Program-made: the position numbers and the translations under genes
Notes under the pieces: model-generated
What the model was told of the DNA's origin: nothing
Database searches by the model: none
Seen by the model: only the letters and a program-made list of their open reading frames with translations
NCBI RefSeq assembly: GCF_902713615.1
Contig: NC_052152.1
Span: 86,937,228 to 87,001,227 of the forward strand
Length of the DNA: 64,000 nucleotides
Source of the DNA: Scyliorhinus canicula
Taxonomy: Eukaryota
Direction: 5' to 3'
Shown: positions 62,690 through 64,000 of the stretch, piece by piece
Layout: every line of letters begins with the position of its first letter
How positions within the stretch are numbered: position 1 is the first letter of the stretch

Positions 62690-63090
62690 GTGGTGGCACT
62701 CTTGCATCTAAATCAGAAAATTGTGGGTTCAACCTGTTCTTCAGACACTTGAGCACATAATAATCTAGACACGGAGGAAATGCTGCATTGTCTAAAATAT
62801 TGTCTTTCAGGTAAGATGTTAAACTTGTTGGATGTGAAATATCCATTAGAAGAAGAGGAGGTATTTTCTTTCTGTGCGCTGGACATCCCAAATCCTTCAA
62901 TCCATAGCATGTATAAAGCACAGGTTATCTGGCTTATTTCATTGCTGTTTTCAGGGATCCTTCTATGTGCAAATTGACCGCCATGCTTTCCAACATTACA
63001 AATGTGGCAACATTTTTAGAAGTAGTTGATTTCTTAAGTTCTATGTCTTGAGGTTGTGAAAGACTCTCTTTAATGTTAGTTCTTTCTATT
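62690..63090 (+). mobile_element. Old Deu-domain SINE with L2-type tail
   Basis: tRNA-like head, tgctgcattgtc…tctttcag…gttaaac core and ttatctgg…gtgaaag tail. Confidence 0.6.
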
Positions 63091-63473
63091 TTAATTAAAT
63101 TGCATATTCGGTGATTTCTTTAGTCTTGTATTCAGTTTAGTTTTGAATGGGACAACAATGCTATATTTACTTTTCTGGTTCAAATTGACTTGTGGCGCAT
63201 CAAACGTGGATTAATAAGATAATTGTAAATTATGTGGTCTGTTTCAAGCTATTCTAGGATGATTGATTGCCCATTATTTCAAAGATACAGCATATAGAAG
63301 GGAGAGTTCAATTAACACTGAAGTGTGAAATCATATTTGACAGAAAACCTATTGCATAGAATTCTGTTCTGAGAAATTATGAAGTCCACTAACATTTTTT
63401 TCAGTGTGGTGTGGGTTTGATTTGAATCATGCTTGAATTACTCATTAAATGCTTATTCTCTGTTTCCTCTAAG

Positions 63474-63572
63474 GCTGTGCAAGAATTTGGGACAATGTGC
63501 AAAGTGAAACACCCTGAGACTATAAAAGGAGCTCTGCCTTATTGGTCAAGAATTTACTGCAAAATTTCCATG
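63474..63572 (+). CDS. LTN1: LTN1 exon 3 ([10 protein letters not shown]…[13 protein letters not shown])
   Basis: Acceptor tttcctctaag and donor gtaagc. The 99-nt phase-0 exon continues KLK|A. Confidence 0.93.
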
Positions 63573-64000
63573 GTAAGCTTCTGTGCATTCATTATTCCCC
63601 TAAATTTTGACTGAATGGATGCAAGCAAATAAGCGATATCGACTGTACCTAGAACCAGGATATTGATCCAATAGTTACAAGGCGGCAGAGAGGGTATGGT
63701 AACACTAGGATACCCGACTAAGCCAGGAGTGTGGAGTTCCTTCTGCATTTTAACAGCAGCACTTCATGTATTTGTGTGGACAATAAAGCTCTATATTCTA
63801 TTTTTACTTCCCATTTCCCACCAGGCAGTTACCAGATCGGCTTTGAGTATGAAAATCAGGTTGCAGCACTGGGGACCCTTCCAGATAATTGTTAGGGAAA
63901 AGGGAGCAAGAGATTGGGCTGGGAAGGGTTTGGTGGAGGAAGGCCTTTGCAGGAGGGAGGAAGTGTAAAGCTAGGGCTTGGAAGGGTAGTTTGGTGGAGA

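Overview
Eukaryotic (vertebrate) genomic DNA, most likely from a shark or other elasmobranch. This is inferred from the HE1/V-SINE-type, Deu-domain SINE, CR1, L2 and Penelope-like repeat content. Three spliced host genes can be rebuilt with canonical GT-AG junctions and consistent phases: the 5' part of USP16 (minus; coding exons 7726-7786, 1653-1825, 6-109), complete RWDD2B (plus; 15140-15331, 15445-15512, 16957-17319, 23490-23742; 291 aa) and the 5' part of LTN1 (plus; 47793-47834, 50039-50242, 63474-63572). USP16 and RWDD2B are head-to-head across a small CpG island, and gene order and orientation match the human USP16-RWDD2B-LTN1 block. Most of the rest is transposable elements. The RWDD2B-LTN1 intergenic region holds a TSD-resolved nest: an old CR1 contains a full-length L1-clade element (minus), which contains a full-length Gypsy/Mag-like LTR retrotransposon, whose 3' LTR contains a second near-full-length L1 (plus). 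The most unusual signal is in the Gypsy element. It has no tRNA primer-binding site. The 13 nt after the 5' LTR are instead the perfect reverse complement of the LTR segment carrying its own poly(A) signal, which suggests self-priming or 5'-specific poly(A) occlusion. Its RT motif reads [Y]LDN, and its two LTRs differ almost only by transversions (12 of 13). Family names come from recognition of motifs, not from database searches.
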